DNA of 64,000 bases from the human T2T-CHM13v2.0 reference genome, Homo sapiens (GCF_009914755.1 NC_060926.1), one strand, 5' to 3'; shown: positions 39,984-57,330, counted from the first letter of the stretch. Notes: generated by a model not told the origin, from the sequence alone. Made by a program: numbers and translations.

Positions 39984-40889
39984 GGGGGAGGAGCCAAGAT
40001 GGCCGAATAGGAACAGCTCTGGTCTACAGCTCCCAGCTTGAGCGACGCAGAAGACGGGTGATTTCTGCATTTCCATCTGAGGTACTGGGTACATCTCACT
40101 AGGGAGTGCCAGACAGTGGGCGCAGGCCAGTGGGTGCGCGCACCGTGCACGAGCCGAAGCAGGGCAAGGCATTGCCTCACCTGGGAAGTGCAAGGGGTCA
40201 GGGAGTTCCCTTTCCGAGTCAAAGAAAGGGGTGACGGACGCACCTGGAAAATCGGGTCACTCCCACCCGAATATTGCGCTTTTCAGACCGGCTTAAAAAA
40301 CGGCGCACCACGAGACTATATCCCACACCTGGCTCGGAGGGTCCTACGCCCACGGAATCTCGCTGATTGCTAGCACAGCAGTCTGAGATCAAACTGCAAG
40401 GCGGCAGCGAGGCTGGGGGAGGGGCTCCCGCCATTGCCCAGGCTTGCTTAGGTAAACAAAGCCGCCGGGAAGCTCAAACTGGGTGGAGCCCACCACAGCT
40501 CAAGGAGGCCTGCCTGCCTCTATAGGCTCCACCTCTGGGGGCAGGGCACAGACAAACAAAAAGACAGCAGTAACCTCTGCAGACTTAAATGTCCCTGTCT
40601 GACAGCTTTGAAGAGAGCAGTGGTTCTCCCAGCACGCAGCTGGAGATCTGAGAACGGGCAGACTGCCTCCTCAAGTGGGTCCCTGACCCCTGACCCCCGA
40701 GCAGCCTAACTGGGAGGCACCCCCCAGCAGGGGCACACTGACACCTCACACGGCAGGGTATTCCAACAGACCTGCAGCTGAGGGTCCTGTCTGTTAGAAG
40801 GAAAACTAACAACCAGAAAGGACATCTACACCGAAAACCCATCTGTACATCACCATCATCAAAGACCAAAAGTAGATAAAACCACAAAG
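39984..40889. promoter_or_regulatory. L1 5'UTR internal sense promoter and antisense promoter (CpG-rich)
   Basis: Intact YY1 site CAAGATGGC at 39995-40003; many retained CpGs against a CpG-poor background; the length matches the young 5'UTR lacking the 129-bp ZNF93-binding segment. Confidence 0.85.
40219..40434 (-). CDS. ORF0: LINE-1 ORF0 (antisense, 71 aa), intact
   Basis: MAGAPPPASLPPCSLISDCCASNQRDSVGVGPSEPGVGYSLVVRRFLSRSEKRNIRVGVTRFSRCVRHPFL matches primate L1 ORF0 in length, position and sequence. Confidence 0.9.
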   Translation of the reverse strand: MAGAPPPASLPPCSLISDCCASNQRDSVGVGPSEPGVGYSLVVRRFLSRSEKRNIRVGVTRFSRCVRHPFL

Positions 40890-41906
40890 ATGGGGAAAAA
40901 ACAGAGCAGAAAAACTGGAAACTCTAAAACGCAGAGCGCCTCTCCTCCTCCAAAGGAACGCAGTTCCTCACCAGCAACGGAACAAAGCTGGATGGAGAAG
41001 GATTTTGACGAGCTGAGAGAGGAAGGCTTCAGACGATCAAATTACTCTGAGCTACGGGAGGACATTCAAACCAAAGGCAAAGAAGTTGAAAACTTTGAAA
41101 AAAATTTAGAAGAATGTATAACTAGAATAACCAATACAGAGAAGTGCTTAAAGGAGCTGATCGAGCTGAAAACCAAGGCTCGAGAACTACATGAAGAATG
41201 CAGAAGCCTCAGGAGCCGATGCGATCAACTGGAAGAAAGGGTATCAGCAATGGAAGATGAAATGAATGAAATGAAGCGAGAAGGGAAGTTTAGAGAAAAA
41301 AGAATAAAAAGAAATGAGCAAAGCCTCCAAGAAATATGGGACTATGTGAAAAGACCAAATCTACGTCTGACTGGTGTACCTGAAAGTGATGGGGAGAATG
41401 GAACCAAGTTGGAAAACACTCTGCAGGATATTATCCAGGAGAACTTCCCCAATCTAGCAAGGCAGGCCGACGTTCAGATTCAGGAAATACAGAGAACGCC
41501 ACAAAGATACTCCTTGAGAACAGCAACTCCAAGATACATAATTGTCAGATTCACCAAAGTTGAAATGAAGGAAAAAATGTTAAGGGCAGCCAGAGAGAAA
41601 GGTCGGGTTACCCACAAAGGGAAGCCCATCAGACTAACAGCGGATCTCTCGGCAGAAACCCTACAAGCCAGAAGAGAGTGGGGGCCAATATTCAACATTC
41701 TTAAAGAAAAGAATTTTCAACCCAGAATTTCATATCCAGCCAAACTAAGCTTCATAAGTGAAGGAGAAATAAAATACTTTACAGACAAGCAATTGCTGAG
41801 AGATTTTGTCACCACCAGGCCTGCCCTAAAAGAGCTCCTGAAGGAAGCGCTAAACATGGAAAGGAACAACCGGTACCAGCCGCTGCAAAATCATGCCAAA
41901 ATGTAA
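40890..41906 (+). CDS. ORF1: LINE-1 ORF1p (RNA-binding chaperone, 338 aa), intact
   Basis: Full 338-aa ORF with coiled coil, RRM and CTD; REKG, ARR and YPAKLS motifs retained. Confidence 0.96.
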   Translation: MGKKQSRKTGNSKTQSASPPPKERSSSPATEQSWMEKDFDELREEGFRRSNYSELREDIQTKGKEVENFEKNLEECITRITNTEKCLKELIELKTKARELHEECRSLRSRCDQLEERVSAMEDEMNEMKREGKFREKRIKRNEQSLQEIWDYVKRPNLRLTGVPESDGENGTKLENTLQDIIQENFPNLARQADVQIQEIQRTPQRYSLRTATPRYIIVRFTKVEMKEKMLRAAREKGRVTHKGKPIRLTADLSAETLQARREWGPIFNILKEKNFQPRISYPAKLSFISEGEIKYFTDKQLLRDFVTTRPALKELLKEALNMERNNRYQPLQNHAKM

Positions 41907-41969
41907 AGACCATCGAGACTAGGAAGAAACTGCATCAACTAACGAGCAAAATCACCAGCTAACATCATA

Positions 41970-45787
<3,818 letters not shown>

Positions 45788-47225
45788 ACAATGAGATCAC
45801 ATGGACACAGGAAGGGGAATATCACACTCTGGGGACTGTGGTGTGGAGGGGAGAGGGGGGAGGGATAGCATTGGGAGATATACCTAATGCTAGATGACGA
45901 GTTAGTGGGTGCAGCGCACCAGCATGGCACATGTATACATATGTAACTAACCTGCACAATGTGCACATGTACCCTAAAACTTAAAGTATAATTAAAAAAT
46001 AATAATAATAATAGTAATAATAAAAAAAAGAAAAAAGCTAATATGACTAAGATGCAGTAGTTCTTTTTAAAGTCCAAAATAATATAAAATAATGGGAAGC
46101 TTTTAAATGATAAATGGATAGGGAATAGCTGAGAAAATTTTAAGAAGATTTTTTGGAAAAATGTAAAGTTTATGATATTCTACCCCATAGTGTCCAAAAA
46201 TCTGGTCCCATGCCACCAGCTTCACAGATGCTACTTTTGAGGAAGATGGATGCTACTGGCAGCTGGTTCCAAAAATATAATTTGAAACTTTAATTGGCAT
46301 TCCTAATGTGCAGCACAGCTTAATCATATGAAAAAAGAAGTGTTTCATGAATATCCACTTTATGGAATATTCACATTGTGCTGAATGTTTAAATGATCTT
46401 TTCCCCCTCTTTGTGAAATAAATTATAAAACATTCTTTATACTATCTTTTGTGTGTGTATACAGTTATCTTAATTAGTATAATAATTTTTAAAATATGCT
46501 TTTAATATTTTTTCGTATGAAGTGTTACTAGGAAATCCATAGAGTAGCTCTTTCTTCTTTAACAACAATATTTGATTATTATGTAAGTTATTATTCTGTT
46601 GATGAGTATTTTAATGCCAACATAATCTTAAAGTAGAGACTTCTGAAAAAAATTTAACATTTTAATGTATATTTGGAATGGCTTTTATAGTCCTTTCTAG
46701 AGGTACAAATACACATATTCACATGCATATACAGAAAAATTACAGAAATGTGGTAGACATCACTATATAAATGAACTTTACATATTAGTTATTCAAAATT
46801 ATAATTTGAGACATTTGGAAAAGTTTAATTTGAATGATTGACTGAAATGTTAAGTCAATGCTGTCTTTAGTAACTCTCATAGATGTGACTCGTGTCTTTT
46901 TTAAAAAAAATGCAAGTTTTTTTTCATGTGGAATCAGTACCTTAGGTTAATGTTTCTTTAACCATTCCTTCATGTAGCCATAATTTGAAAGTAATAAAAT
47001 ATGACTTTGTGAGGCACATTTTAATAAAATTCCTGCAAAGTAAATTTGATAAAGTGTACTCCATTCTAGGTGTTGATAGGCAAATAAAACGCTTTCAGAC
47101 AATGAATGCCTAAACTTCTACCTGCTTATTTTCCACATAAGAAATCTCTTTATTTTAAAGATATGTACGAATAAACCACGTCATTTGGCTCATGTACCAC
47201 TTTTTCCTTGTTAAGAAACACGTAT

Positions 47226-47543
<318 letters not shown>

Positions 47544-47689
47544 TTAGGTTGCTAGCCTGTTTCCTATTCAAAGAGAGTATCAGTAAACCATTGGGTCCAA
47601 ACTGCTGATCTGAAATCACACAATCATAACTTCACACAGTAATATTGAAACCTATAAAACATTAATTACTATATAATTTTCAGTTATTG

Positions 47690-50150
47690 GATGTAGACTT
47701 TCAAGCTTACCTTTTTTGGAAAGCTGTAGTTAAAAATAACATAATCAAGGTGTTTCTGATTTCTCACATAATATATTGGTTTTGCCTGTTTGGGAGCTTT
47801 GCCTGAATAGAATTGTTTAGTGTGGTTTCTGGTCTATTTTGCTTAACAAAAGGTTTGTGAGATTTGTCCACATTTTTGTTTGTAGTTGTACATCATTCAT
47901 TCTCATTGTTGTATATTTCATTTTGTTAAGAGGCCACAATTTATCCATTCTACTGTTGATGCATTTGGTACTTTTTTTTATTCTTTTCTATAATAAATAG
48001 TGCTTTCATGAACGTTCAAGTGTACACATTTCTGTTAGAACTGGAATGAAGTAGATCTGCTGTATCATACAGTGTATAACTGGTCATCTTTAGTAGCAAC
48101 TGTCAAAGAGTCTTGTAAAGTGACTTTACCAATTGCCATCCATACGACTCATCTATAAGAGTTCTAGTTGGTCTATAGCCTAACACTGGATATTTTCTCC
48201 ATTTTCTATTTTAGCTATATTTTGGGTGTATAAAACAATCACCTGTGATTTCACCTTATGTTTCTTAATAACTAATGAAGTCAAGCACTTTTTTTCTTTT
48301 TTTTTTTAACTTTTACTTTAAGTTCTGGGATAAATGTGCTGAACATGTAGGTTTGTTACATAGGTATACATGTGCCACAGTGGTTTGCTGAGCCAATCAA
48401 CCCGTCATTCAGGTTTTAAGCCCGTATGCATTAGGTATTTGTCCTAATGCTCTCCCTCCACTTTCCCCTTACCCACTGACAGGTCCCTGGTGTGATGTTC
48501 CCCTCCCTGTGTCCATGTGTTTGCATTGTTCAGCTCCCACTTATGAGTGAGAACATGTGGTGTTTGGTTTTCTGTTCCTGTGTTAGTTTGCTGAGGATGA
48601 TGGCTTCCAGCTTCATCCATGTCTCTGCAAAGGAGATGAACTCATTCTTTTTTATGGCTGCATAGTATTCCATGGTGTGTATGTGCCACATTTTCTTTAT
48701 TCAGTCTATTATTGATGGCCATTTGGGTTGGTTCTAAATCCTTGCTCTTCTAGATACTGCTGCAATAAACATACGTGTGCATATGTCTGCATAGTAGAAT
48801 GTTTTATACTCCTTTGAGTATATACCCAGTAATGGGATTGCTGAGTCAAATGGTATTTCTGGTTCTAGATCCTTGAGGAATCACCACACTGTCTTCCACA
48901 ATGGTTGAACTAATTTACACTCCCACCAACAGTGTAAAAGTGTTCCTATTTCTCAACATCCTCTCCAGCATCTGTTGTTTCCTGACTTTTTTAAAGAAGT
49001 TATTTGAAACCAATGAGAACAAAGAGACAATGTATCAGAATCTCTGGAACACAGCAAAAACAGTGTTAGGAGGGAAATTTGTAGCGCTAAATGCCCATAT
49101 CAGAAAGCTAGAAAGATCACAAATCGACACCCTGAAATCACAATTAAAAGAACTAGAGAAACAAGAGAAAACAAATCCAAAAGCTAGCAGAAGACAAGAA
49201 ATAAGTAAGATCAGAGCAGAACTGAAGGAGCTAGAGACACGAAAAACCCTTCAAAAAATCAATGAATCCAGGAGCTGGTGTTTTGAAGATTAACAAAATA
49301 GATCACTAGTCAGACTAATAAAGAAGAAAAGAGAGAAGAATCAAATAGACACAATAATAGTGATAAAGGGGATATCACCACTGATCCCACAGAAATACAA
49401 ACTACCATCAGAGAATACTATAAACACCTCTATGCAAGTAAACTAGAAAATCTAGAAGAAATTGATAAATTCCTGGACACATTCACCCTCCCAAGACTGA
49501 ACCAGGAAGAAGTCAAATCCCTGAATAGACCAATAACAAGTTATGAAATTGAGGCAGTAATTAATAGTGTATCAACCAAAAAAAGCCCAGGACCAGACAG
49601 ATTCATAGCTGAATTCTATCAGAGGTACAAAGAAGAGCTGGTACCATTCCTTCTGAAACTGTTCTCCGCAATAGAAAAAGAAGGACTACTCCCTAACTCA
49701 TAGCCAATATCATACTGAATGGGCGAAAGCTGGAAGCATTCCCTTTGAAAACCAGCTCATTTAGATGTCTTCTTATGTAGAGTATCTTTAAAACCCTTTT
49801 TCCATTGGATTTCTGACTTCTGTTGATTTGAAAATTATTTGGATATTTTAGATATGAAAAAATGTCTTTTCAGATGTACATATTTTTAATATATTTTTTC
49901 TTCTGTGGATTAAATGTTCAGTCTCTTAATGCTATACGTTAACAAACACAGGCTTTTAATTTTAATATAGTTTAATTTATCATTTTAAAAAAATTAAGGT
50001 TACTGATTATTGTGTCATCTTAAGAAATACTTGCCTATTCCATCACAAAGTTACTGTGCTGTGTTTTTTAATAAAAGCTTTCTACTGTTACTTTTGTATT
50101 TATATCTGTAATCCCTCTGGAGTCAATTTTGATGTAAGGGTTCGAGTCAA
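47690..50150 (-). mobile_element. Old L1ME host element (interrupted at 48289-49756)
   Basis: 'ccacaatttatccattctactgttgatgcatttgg...aataactaatgaagtcaagcac' resumes as 'catttagatgtcttct...cttttaattttaatatagtttaatttatca'. Confidence 0.7.
48289..49756 (-). mobile_element. 5'-inverted LINE-1 (L1PA7/8-like): antisense 3' end at 48289-~48993 joined to a sense ORF2 segment at ~48992-49756
   Basis: Poly-T plus antisense 3'UTR up to 'cctgacttttttaa', then sense 'agaagttatttgaaaccaatgagaac' ([11 protein letters not shown]). Confidence 0.92.
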
Positions 50151-50158
50151 AATTTACT

Positions 50159-52085
50159 TTGCCCACTTTCACTATTCCTATTTAACATAGTACTGGAAGT
50201 CCTAGGTAGAGCAATTAAAGAGGAGAAAATGTAAAAGTCATCCAGATAGAAAAAAGAGGAAGTATTCTGCTGACATGATCTTATACCTAAAAAATCCTAA
50301 AGAGTCATCCAAAAGATAACTAGATGTGATAAATGACTTTAGTAAAGCTTCAGTATGCAAACCAGTATTCAAAAATCAGTAGCAATTGTATACACCAAAA
50401 ACAATCAAGCTGAGAACCAAATTAAGAACCCATTTACAATAGCTACAAAAATAGTAAAATATCCAGAAAGAGAACCACAAAACACTGATGAACGAAATTA
50501 TAGATGACACAAATACATGCAAAAAAAAATCCCATGTTCGTGGAATGGGAGAATCAATATTGTTAAAATAACCACACTGCCCAAAGCAATCTACAGATTC
50601 AGTGCAACACCTATCAAATTACCAATGTCATTTTTCCCATGATTAGACAAAACAATTCTAAAATTCATATGGAACCAGAAAAAAAAAGTCTGAATCATCA
50701 AAACAATCTTAAGCAGAAACAGCAAAGTGGGAGGCATCACATTACCTGACTTCAAATTATACTACAAGACTATAGTACCGAAAGAGCATGGTACTGGTTT
50801 AAAAATAGATACATAGATCAATTGCAGAGTAGGGAAACTAGAAATAAAGCCACACATCTACAACCAACTGATTTTTGACAAAATTGACAAAATAATACAA
50901 ATATAACTGGAGAAAGGACACTCTATTCAATAATTGGTACTAGAAAAATTGGATAGCTATAAGTAGAAGACTGAACTGCTTTCTGTCACCATATACAAAA
51001 ATCAACTCAAATGAATTAACAAGTTAAATATAAGACTTGAAACTTTAAAGGTCCTATAGGAAATCACAGGGATAATTTATGACTAAGATCTCAAAAGCAA
51101 ATGTAACGAAATAGACAAATGGGATTTAATTAAAAAGCTTCTTCACAACAAAAGAAATTATCAACAAATAAACATACAATCTACAGAAGGGATAAAATAT
51201 TTGTAAACTATGCATTTGAAAAAGAACTGCTATCCAGAATCTACAGGGAACTCAAACAACTCAAGAAGAAAAAAAAATAAGCCCATTAAAAAGTTGGCAA
51301 AAAACATAAACACACATTTCTCAAAAGAAGACATACAAGTGACTAACAAATAAAAATGCTCACCATCACTAATCATCGAAGAAATGTAAATTAAAACCAC
51401 AGTGAGATATTATCTTACACCAGTCTGAATGACTATTATTAAAAAGTCAAAAGACAACAGATGTTGATGGGGATTCAGAGAAAAGGGCACTGTTATACAC
51501 TGTTGGTGAGAATGTAAATTATAATATATCTCCTGCATTCACACATTTATTGCAGTACTATTCTCAATAGCAAAGTCATGAAGTCAACCCAGATGTCCAT
51601 TATTAGATGATTGGATAAATGAACTATTATATATATATATGTGTGTGTGTGTGTCTGTATATGTTTGTGTGTGTGTGAATGTCATATATATGACATATAT
51701 GTGTGTCATTTATATTTCACATATATGATGTATTATATAAAACATATTGTCATATATATGTTGTTGCCTTTTGCAGCAACATGGATGAAACTGGAGGCCA
51801 TAATCCCAAATACAATAACTCAGAAAATCAAATACTACATGTTCTCATGTATAAGTGGAAGCTAAGTGATGTGTACACGTGGACATATAGAGTGGAATAA
51901 TAGATATCAGAGATTGCAAAAAGTGGGACGTGGGTGAGGGATGAGAAATTATCTACTGGGTACAATGTACACCATTTGGATGATGAGTACACTAAAAGCC
52001 TAGACTTTACCACTGCACGATATGTCTTTGTAGCAAAACTGTACTTGTACACCCTGAATCTATTACTGATAATATAATAATAATG
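50159..52085 (+). mobile_element. L1MA1-MA4-like 3' ~1.9 kb, with an internal (TA)n(TG)n tract at ~51626-51760
   Basis: Decayed ORF2 from 'tttaacatagtactggaagtcctag'; 3' end 'gggatgagaaatta...tacactaaaagcctagactttaccact...aaaactgtacttgtac'. Confidence 0.88.
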
Positions 52086-53299
52086 TGTAGTGTCCATGGC
52101 TCCATTAACTTACTCATTTTGCCATGTCCTCATCCAACAGTGAAGCAGGATATTACTGATGCATATTACATGACACAGGACTATAAATATAGGATTCAAA
52201 CTTTACTTGTAGGAGGCATTGGTTGATTAAATATACTTTTTAGATAAGTATTAATTGTTATTGCAAAACTAAGGTTTCAAGCGAAAAATTGGCATAGGAA
52301 ATATTTTATATTTGCCAATTTTATATTTTGACATCTTTTTTTTTCTGCAGTGCAGAGCTGCTATAAACTATTGAGAAAGACGCTCTCTAAATAAAACTAG
52401 AGAACAGATCCTTGCCAGATATAAGACTAAATGCAGACAAGTGTTTTGTGTTGTTTTGTTTGTTTTATATAAAGTAACGGGTTCTACTGTGGTATGTAGC
52501 ACAAAGACTGATGCTCCGAGAGCTTATAAATAGTGATAAAGTCATGTGTTGCTTTTTTGAAATAAATAGAATGCTCTCTTTTTTCATTTTAGAAAAAGGA
52601 ACTACATTGTGAGTTTTTGAATTATCTGATACTCTACAGGAGACATACAATGAGTAGCAGATCTCAGAAAATTTATCATTCAGAAAGATTTTCTGGACTA
52701 AAACTATCATTAGGTTATATGTAAATTTAGATAAATTTATATATCCTAAATCCATAGTAGGTCATTAAGTGGGGTTCGAGGATACATCTCTAACTTTTTG
52801 AGATGGGTCTCACAGAAAACAAATGATACCTTCTTGTTTCAGTGTCTTTTGAGTTCACATTTAGTAGTTTTGAATCATTTGCCTAACTGATGTGATTTAG
52901 TATTTGCCTAATTCGTGAGCATGTGAGTGTAGAGTACTAACAATATTAAAAGAATATGAACAGAACATTATATATTATAATTTTGTTTGGGATCAGTTAC
53001 CACCACAGTTGATTCTCATATGTGGTTAATGAGGCAGAGGGCATGGATTTAATTTTTGGAGAGACCAGATAGTTTTTGTACTGTAATATAACAATGAACT
53101 CTACCCTAGCACCTTTAAGACTTAAAAATGTGTACAACGGCTGAATCAAGGTCAAGACCCTTGTAGGAAGGTAAAAATGTGTCTGTTATACTATGCATAT
53201 AATTTCAAGTATAAACAGATGAGAACATATTCATGTAAGTTGAAGAATCTGCAAATGAGTATTAAAATATGTACAGAAACTATGATTGCTTATCCAAGT

Positions 53300-53790
53300 A
53301 TTGTCTTATGAACTAACCCAACTCTGATTATTTTTTAGGTAACAAGTTGGAAGACTTTGGATCTCAAGAAAAGTGGATTTTGCCTCTACCGTAGAGATAG
53401 GTATGTGATCCAATACTAGCCAATAAAATATAAGGAAATATTTGTTAGTAGGAACTTATAGGATGTCTTGATTTGTAATAAAAATAGAAAGACAGAGAAG
53501 AACCGCTTACTCTCCTAGCTTTTCTTCCTGCCTTTGAAGGTAGTTGTGTTTCTTTTGAGTTGAAATAGCCATATTGCAAACATGAGGCAACATATCTAAG
53601 GATAAAAATTCAACATGTAAAAATGTCAGAGTGGAAGAGTAGAAAGAAGATCTTGATGAATCATTGAGAAGATAAGCTAATGTCAACTACTACTTACCTT
53701 CGTATTTCTTGTAATGCAAGGAAAAATAAACCCTTGTTTGTTTGTTTGAAAAACAAACCCATGTGCTTGTTATTATGGGTGAAAGTATTT
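53300..53790 (+). mobile_element. Old ERVL/MaLR-type LTR fragment (LTR16/LTR33-like)
   Basis: 'atgtgatccaatactagccaataaaatataagg...agccatattgcaaacatgagg...gaaaaataaacccttgtttgttt'. Confidence 0.5.
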
Positions 53791-55123
53791 CTACCAAACA
53801 AAACATTAGCACAGTTGGGCTATAGATAATCTCAGTTCTTCATTTATCATGTGTCCATCGACGTAGATTAGAAAATGGAAAAAATTAAGCTACTGAAGTT
53901 AGCCTGCCCTTCATGTGTTCTGAAAACTTCAAGATGGCAGGGTCTGTATTTGTTTATTCATATGCAGCTACTAACACAGTTCCTTAAAGCTTCAATAAAT
54001 ATATGTAGAATGATTTTCTTTGTGCCATAGTGAGAAAAATCAGTTGGATACAGCCCCTCTTTTTCCTAATTGTCTCTCCCAATACCCCCATGCACACATA
54101 TTTGCACATTCATCCTGCCATGTTTCATGATGAACTCTCTATAAAAGGGCTATTTCCTGCAACCTTGCAATTCTGCCCTTTTTAGCAAAGACTTTTAGAA
54201 TGAATGTTATTAGATCTTAAAGTGGCTTCCTCTCCGTGTAAGGCATTTAAAGCTGCTATTGGGCAAATGGTTATTGGCAGTAACGTGATGGTGGAAAGTG
54301 GAAGCCACTGCAGGCATGTAGTGGTAGTATTCATTTCACAGCAGGTGAGCATGTGGAGTAAGACTTAATCTAAGTCAAATAATTTTGAATAAAGCAACAG
54401 TATGAACTCACAGCCTTTAGTGGATTTTCCAGCAGACCGTCCTTTTAAAACATCTAAATCCCCTCTGCTATGCAACAGTGTTCTTTCAGATTGCTGAATT
54501 CGTCTTAGAGCCATCCCCTTTTTATTTCTTCAATGTCTACATTGTCTTTCTCAGGAAAGCAGTCAGGTTGCTTGATTGTCTTAGAAACATTGGTACAGTT
54601 CAGGACCGTGTTGGTGTTCTATTTCATTGGTGAAATCATCATGTCAGGTGACTGCCCTAAGGTCAGAAGCCATGTTCCATGCAACTCAATTAAGTTTTCT
54701 GGCTTCTGGTGGCCCCCGTGAACACTCAAAGGTGCTTGTTTTTCATGTTGCACTTTGAGGTCCTCTCTTCTGCACTGTAAGACATTGACCAGAAGAGGTT
54801 TTGCTTTTCAGTTTTCATGTGTTATAATGAATACATTTGTTTTGCCCTTTTCTCTCATGTGTGAACTCTTCCTGATAGTATTTACTAGGTAAATCATAGC
54901 TTGCAGTGGAAAAACAAAGAGGCAGTCACCTGAATTGTAATTGTTTTGACTTATTGACTTACCAAAACACAGATCTGATAAGTCTAATCTGAATTTAGTG
55001 TAGGCAAACAAGAATGGAGTGGAATCTGAAGAAACATAAACAAGGGATCAGGGATAAATTTGCATACAGAAGCAGCCTTCTTAAACTGCAGGCCCTCTAG
55101 TTATTCAGTGTTATGCATTTATA

Positions 55124-55168
55124 TTAGATTGGTACAAACGTAATTGCAGGTTTGCCATTAAAATTAAT
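55124..55168. mobile_element. MADE1 (Hsmar1 MITE) half copy
   Basis: TA + 'ttagattggtacaaacgtaattgcaggtttgccatta' matches one mariner TIR (TTAGGTTGGTGCAAAAGTAATTGCGGTTTTTGCCATTA). Confidence 0.8.
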
Positions 55169-56109
55169 AATAATATTTTCGATTGGCTGCAAAAGGGATG
55201 GATTCTGCCCTGTAAGTCAGAGCTACTTTTCCTTTTAGGAGAAGCAATGTGGCTTAAACCTGCATGGCACTGATTCCTCCCTAGACTGTGACTCTAGATG
55301 CAAGTGTATCCTGTGCTACTTTTGAAGTCAGAAATTATATTCTGATTACGCTGACATTTTTTGGCCTAATTCGTAGTTGAACATCTTGAGATGTAAGTTT
55401 TATTATTTTCCCATAATTGTTGGCATTCTGTTTTTAACTGGAAATACCAGCTTTTGCATTTTGGAGAGTAACCTCCTAGAGGGCCAAAATCAAAATGTAG
55501 AGCTGTCTTTTCTCTTGCACCTACCTGAGTACCTGACAACGTAGCCTTGAACCGTGACAACTCCTTCAACACCTGTAGCTTCCTGGCTGCCAGACAAAGT
55601 GAAAGAACCACTGCTTGATATTACCTAGGACAAAACATAAGTCACAGCTGCAGGGCTTCCACTCTGCAGTGTTCCATGCCTTGTTTGGAGCTGCATTTCT
55701 AAATTTTTATTTTCAGAGAGTTTAATTAATATACATGGGCATGCTCTACCTGATTTTATTTCTGAGAGCCGGTCTTGTTCAACTGAATTTTTAAAGTAAA
55801 AGAACTTTGAATTTTGTCTCTAGGGCTTACTATTTTGTTTTTTTAATGGTTTTAGTTTGTTGTTCAGCAGAGAGTACATACTTTTCCCCCCAAGATTTCA
55901 TGCATCAAAGGCATTAAGTTGTCACTACATAGATTATAGTGAGTGACACACAAAATAAGCTGCCTTTTTAAGGGGTTGCAATGAAAAATAGGTAAAGTTG
56001 ATATTACTGAAAAAAATTGTAAATATTCTTTTTAGCATGTTATGATGATACTGCTAGGCCATCTTGATATGGACAGGCACAATGAATTTGCTTTTGTAAT
56101 AACTATGGT

Positions 56110-57330
56110 AAGATGACCACCATAATTCCACAGATCTTGCTCAGGCTTCCCCAGTTGTCCTAACAAGGGTCTTTATAGGTAACAGATCCAATCCTGGATC
56201 ATGTGCCACATTCCGTTGTCATATTTGTTGAGGCTCCTTCAATCTAGAAGGTATTCCCAGTCCTCACTGACATTTAAGATCCCATTGTTTCACAGAGCAA
56301 TAATTTTGCAGAATATCCCTCAACCTGGTTTGTCTGCTTTCCAGGATTAGATTTGGGCCATTTATTTTGGACAGGAATGTCACAGAAGTGATGCTGTGTT
56401 CATTCCGTTGCTTTCTACCAGGTAGTGCATGATTTAAATTTGTCCCATTACTGGTGATGTTAACTCTGATCACTGATCACTTGATTTAAGTTGGTAGTTA
56501 CCAAGTTTATCGTCTGTAAGATTATTCTTTCCCTCTTTGGAATAAATGTTTTGTGAAAGGGTACTTTGAAACTATGTGAACATTCCATGCCTTATCAAAC
56601 TTTCATCTACTAATTCCAGCATCAGATAATGTTTTTTAGTCGAAACAACAATCACCATGACAGTTGCCAAATGATGATGATTCTTCATTTCCCTCATCAT
56701 TTCTTCTACATTTCTTCAGTTGGCACTCCATCCATCATAGATAAAAGCTTTGCTTCCTCTGCATTTATTTATTAACACATTCATTTAAATCAGCCTGCAC
56801 TCATGGATTCTCACTCTACTCCATGGGTTTTAGTCTGTTGCTACTGTTATTTTGATGTCCAAATTATCTCATATTTTGGCCAATGGGAGCCCTTCAGGAT
56901 AGCTCCTGTGTCCTTTTGACATGCTGCTTCAATCTTTAAGATGTTGCAAGTTCACCTGTGGTTTCCCTACTTCCCCAATGTAATCAAGTATTTCTTCCTC
57001 TCAAGAACATTGGTTCCTTTTAATAGTGAATTCTGTTTCAGAACAAAGATCTGGGCACTAGATGTGTTTATTGTTATTGGTATATTGCAGTTCCTTGTGC
57101 CCTGTCAATGCACCAAACTTAAGAACATGTATATGTTCATGTATATTAGCACCCAAACATCCACATTTTCGTACGTATTTCTCTATATCATTCTCTATCT
57201 ATCTATCTATCATTTATCCATCTATTTCTCTATCATCTATTGTTAAAACTTTAGGTTCACACTGACACATCCAAGTTGAACCTAACACTAGAGGGTTCAT
57301 TTTACATTTTACCTTCCCAGGTATTCTTGT
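56110..57330 (-). mobile_element. L1MC4/MC5-like 3' region with (TCTA)n at ~57193-57240
   Basis: 'gcagaatatccctcaacctggtttgtctg...ggaatgtcacagaagtgatgctgtgttc...tttggccaatgggagcccttcagg'. Confidence 0.75.

Noticed and set aside
39798-40243. 129- and 131-aa antisense ORFs crossing the L1 5' junction
   Set aside because: Chance read-through of antisense 5'UTR frames into flank; not ORF0, and no support for translation
48901-49293. 130-aa chimeric ORF
   Set aside because: Created by the L1 inversion junction (antisense 3' region fused to an ORF2 piece); no promoter or other sign of function
49695-49710. Splicing as the cause of the ~390-bp internal L1 deletion
   Set aside because: There is no GT donor at the left breakpoint; a CA microhomology fits better
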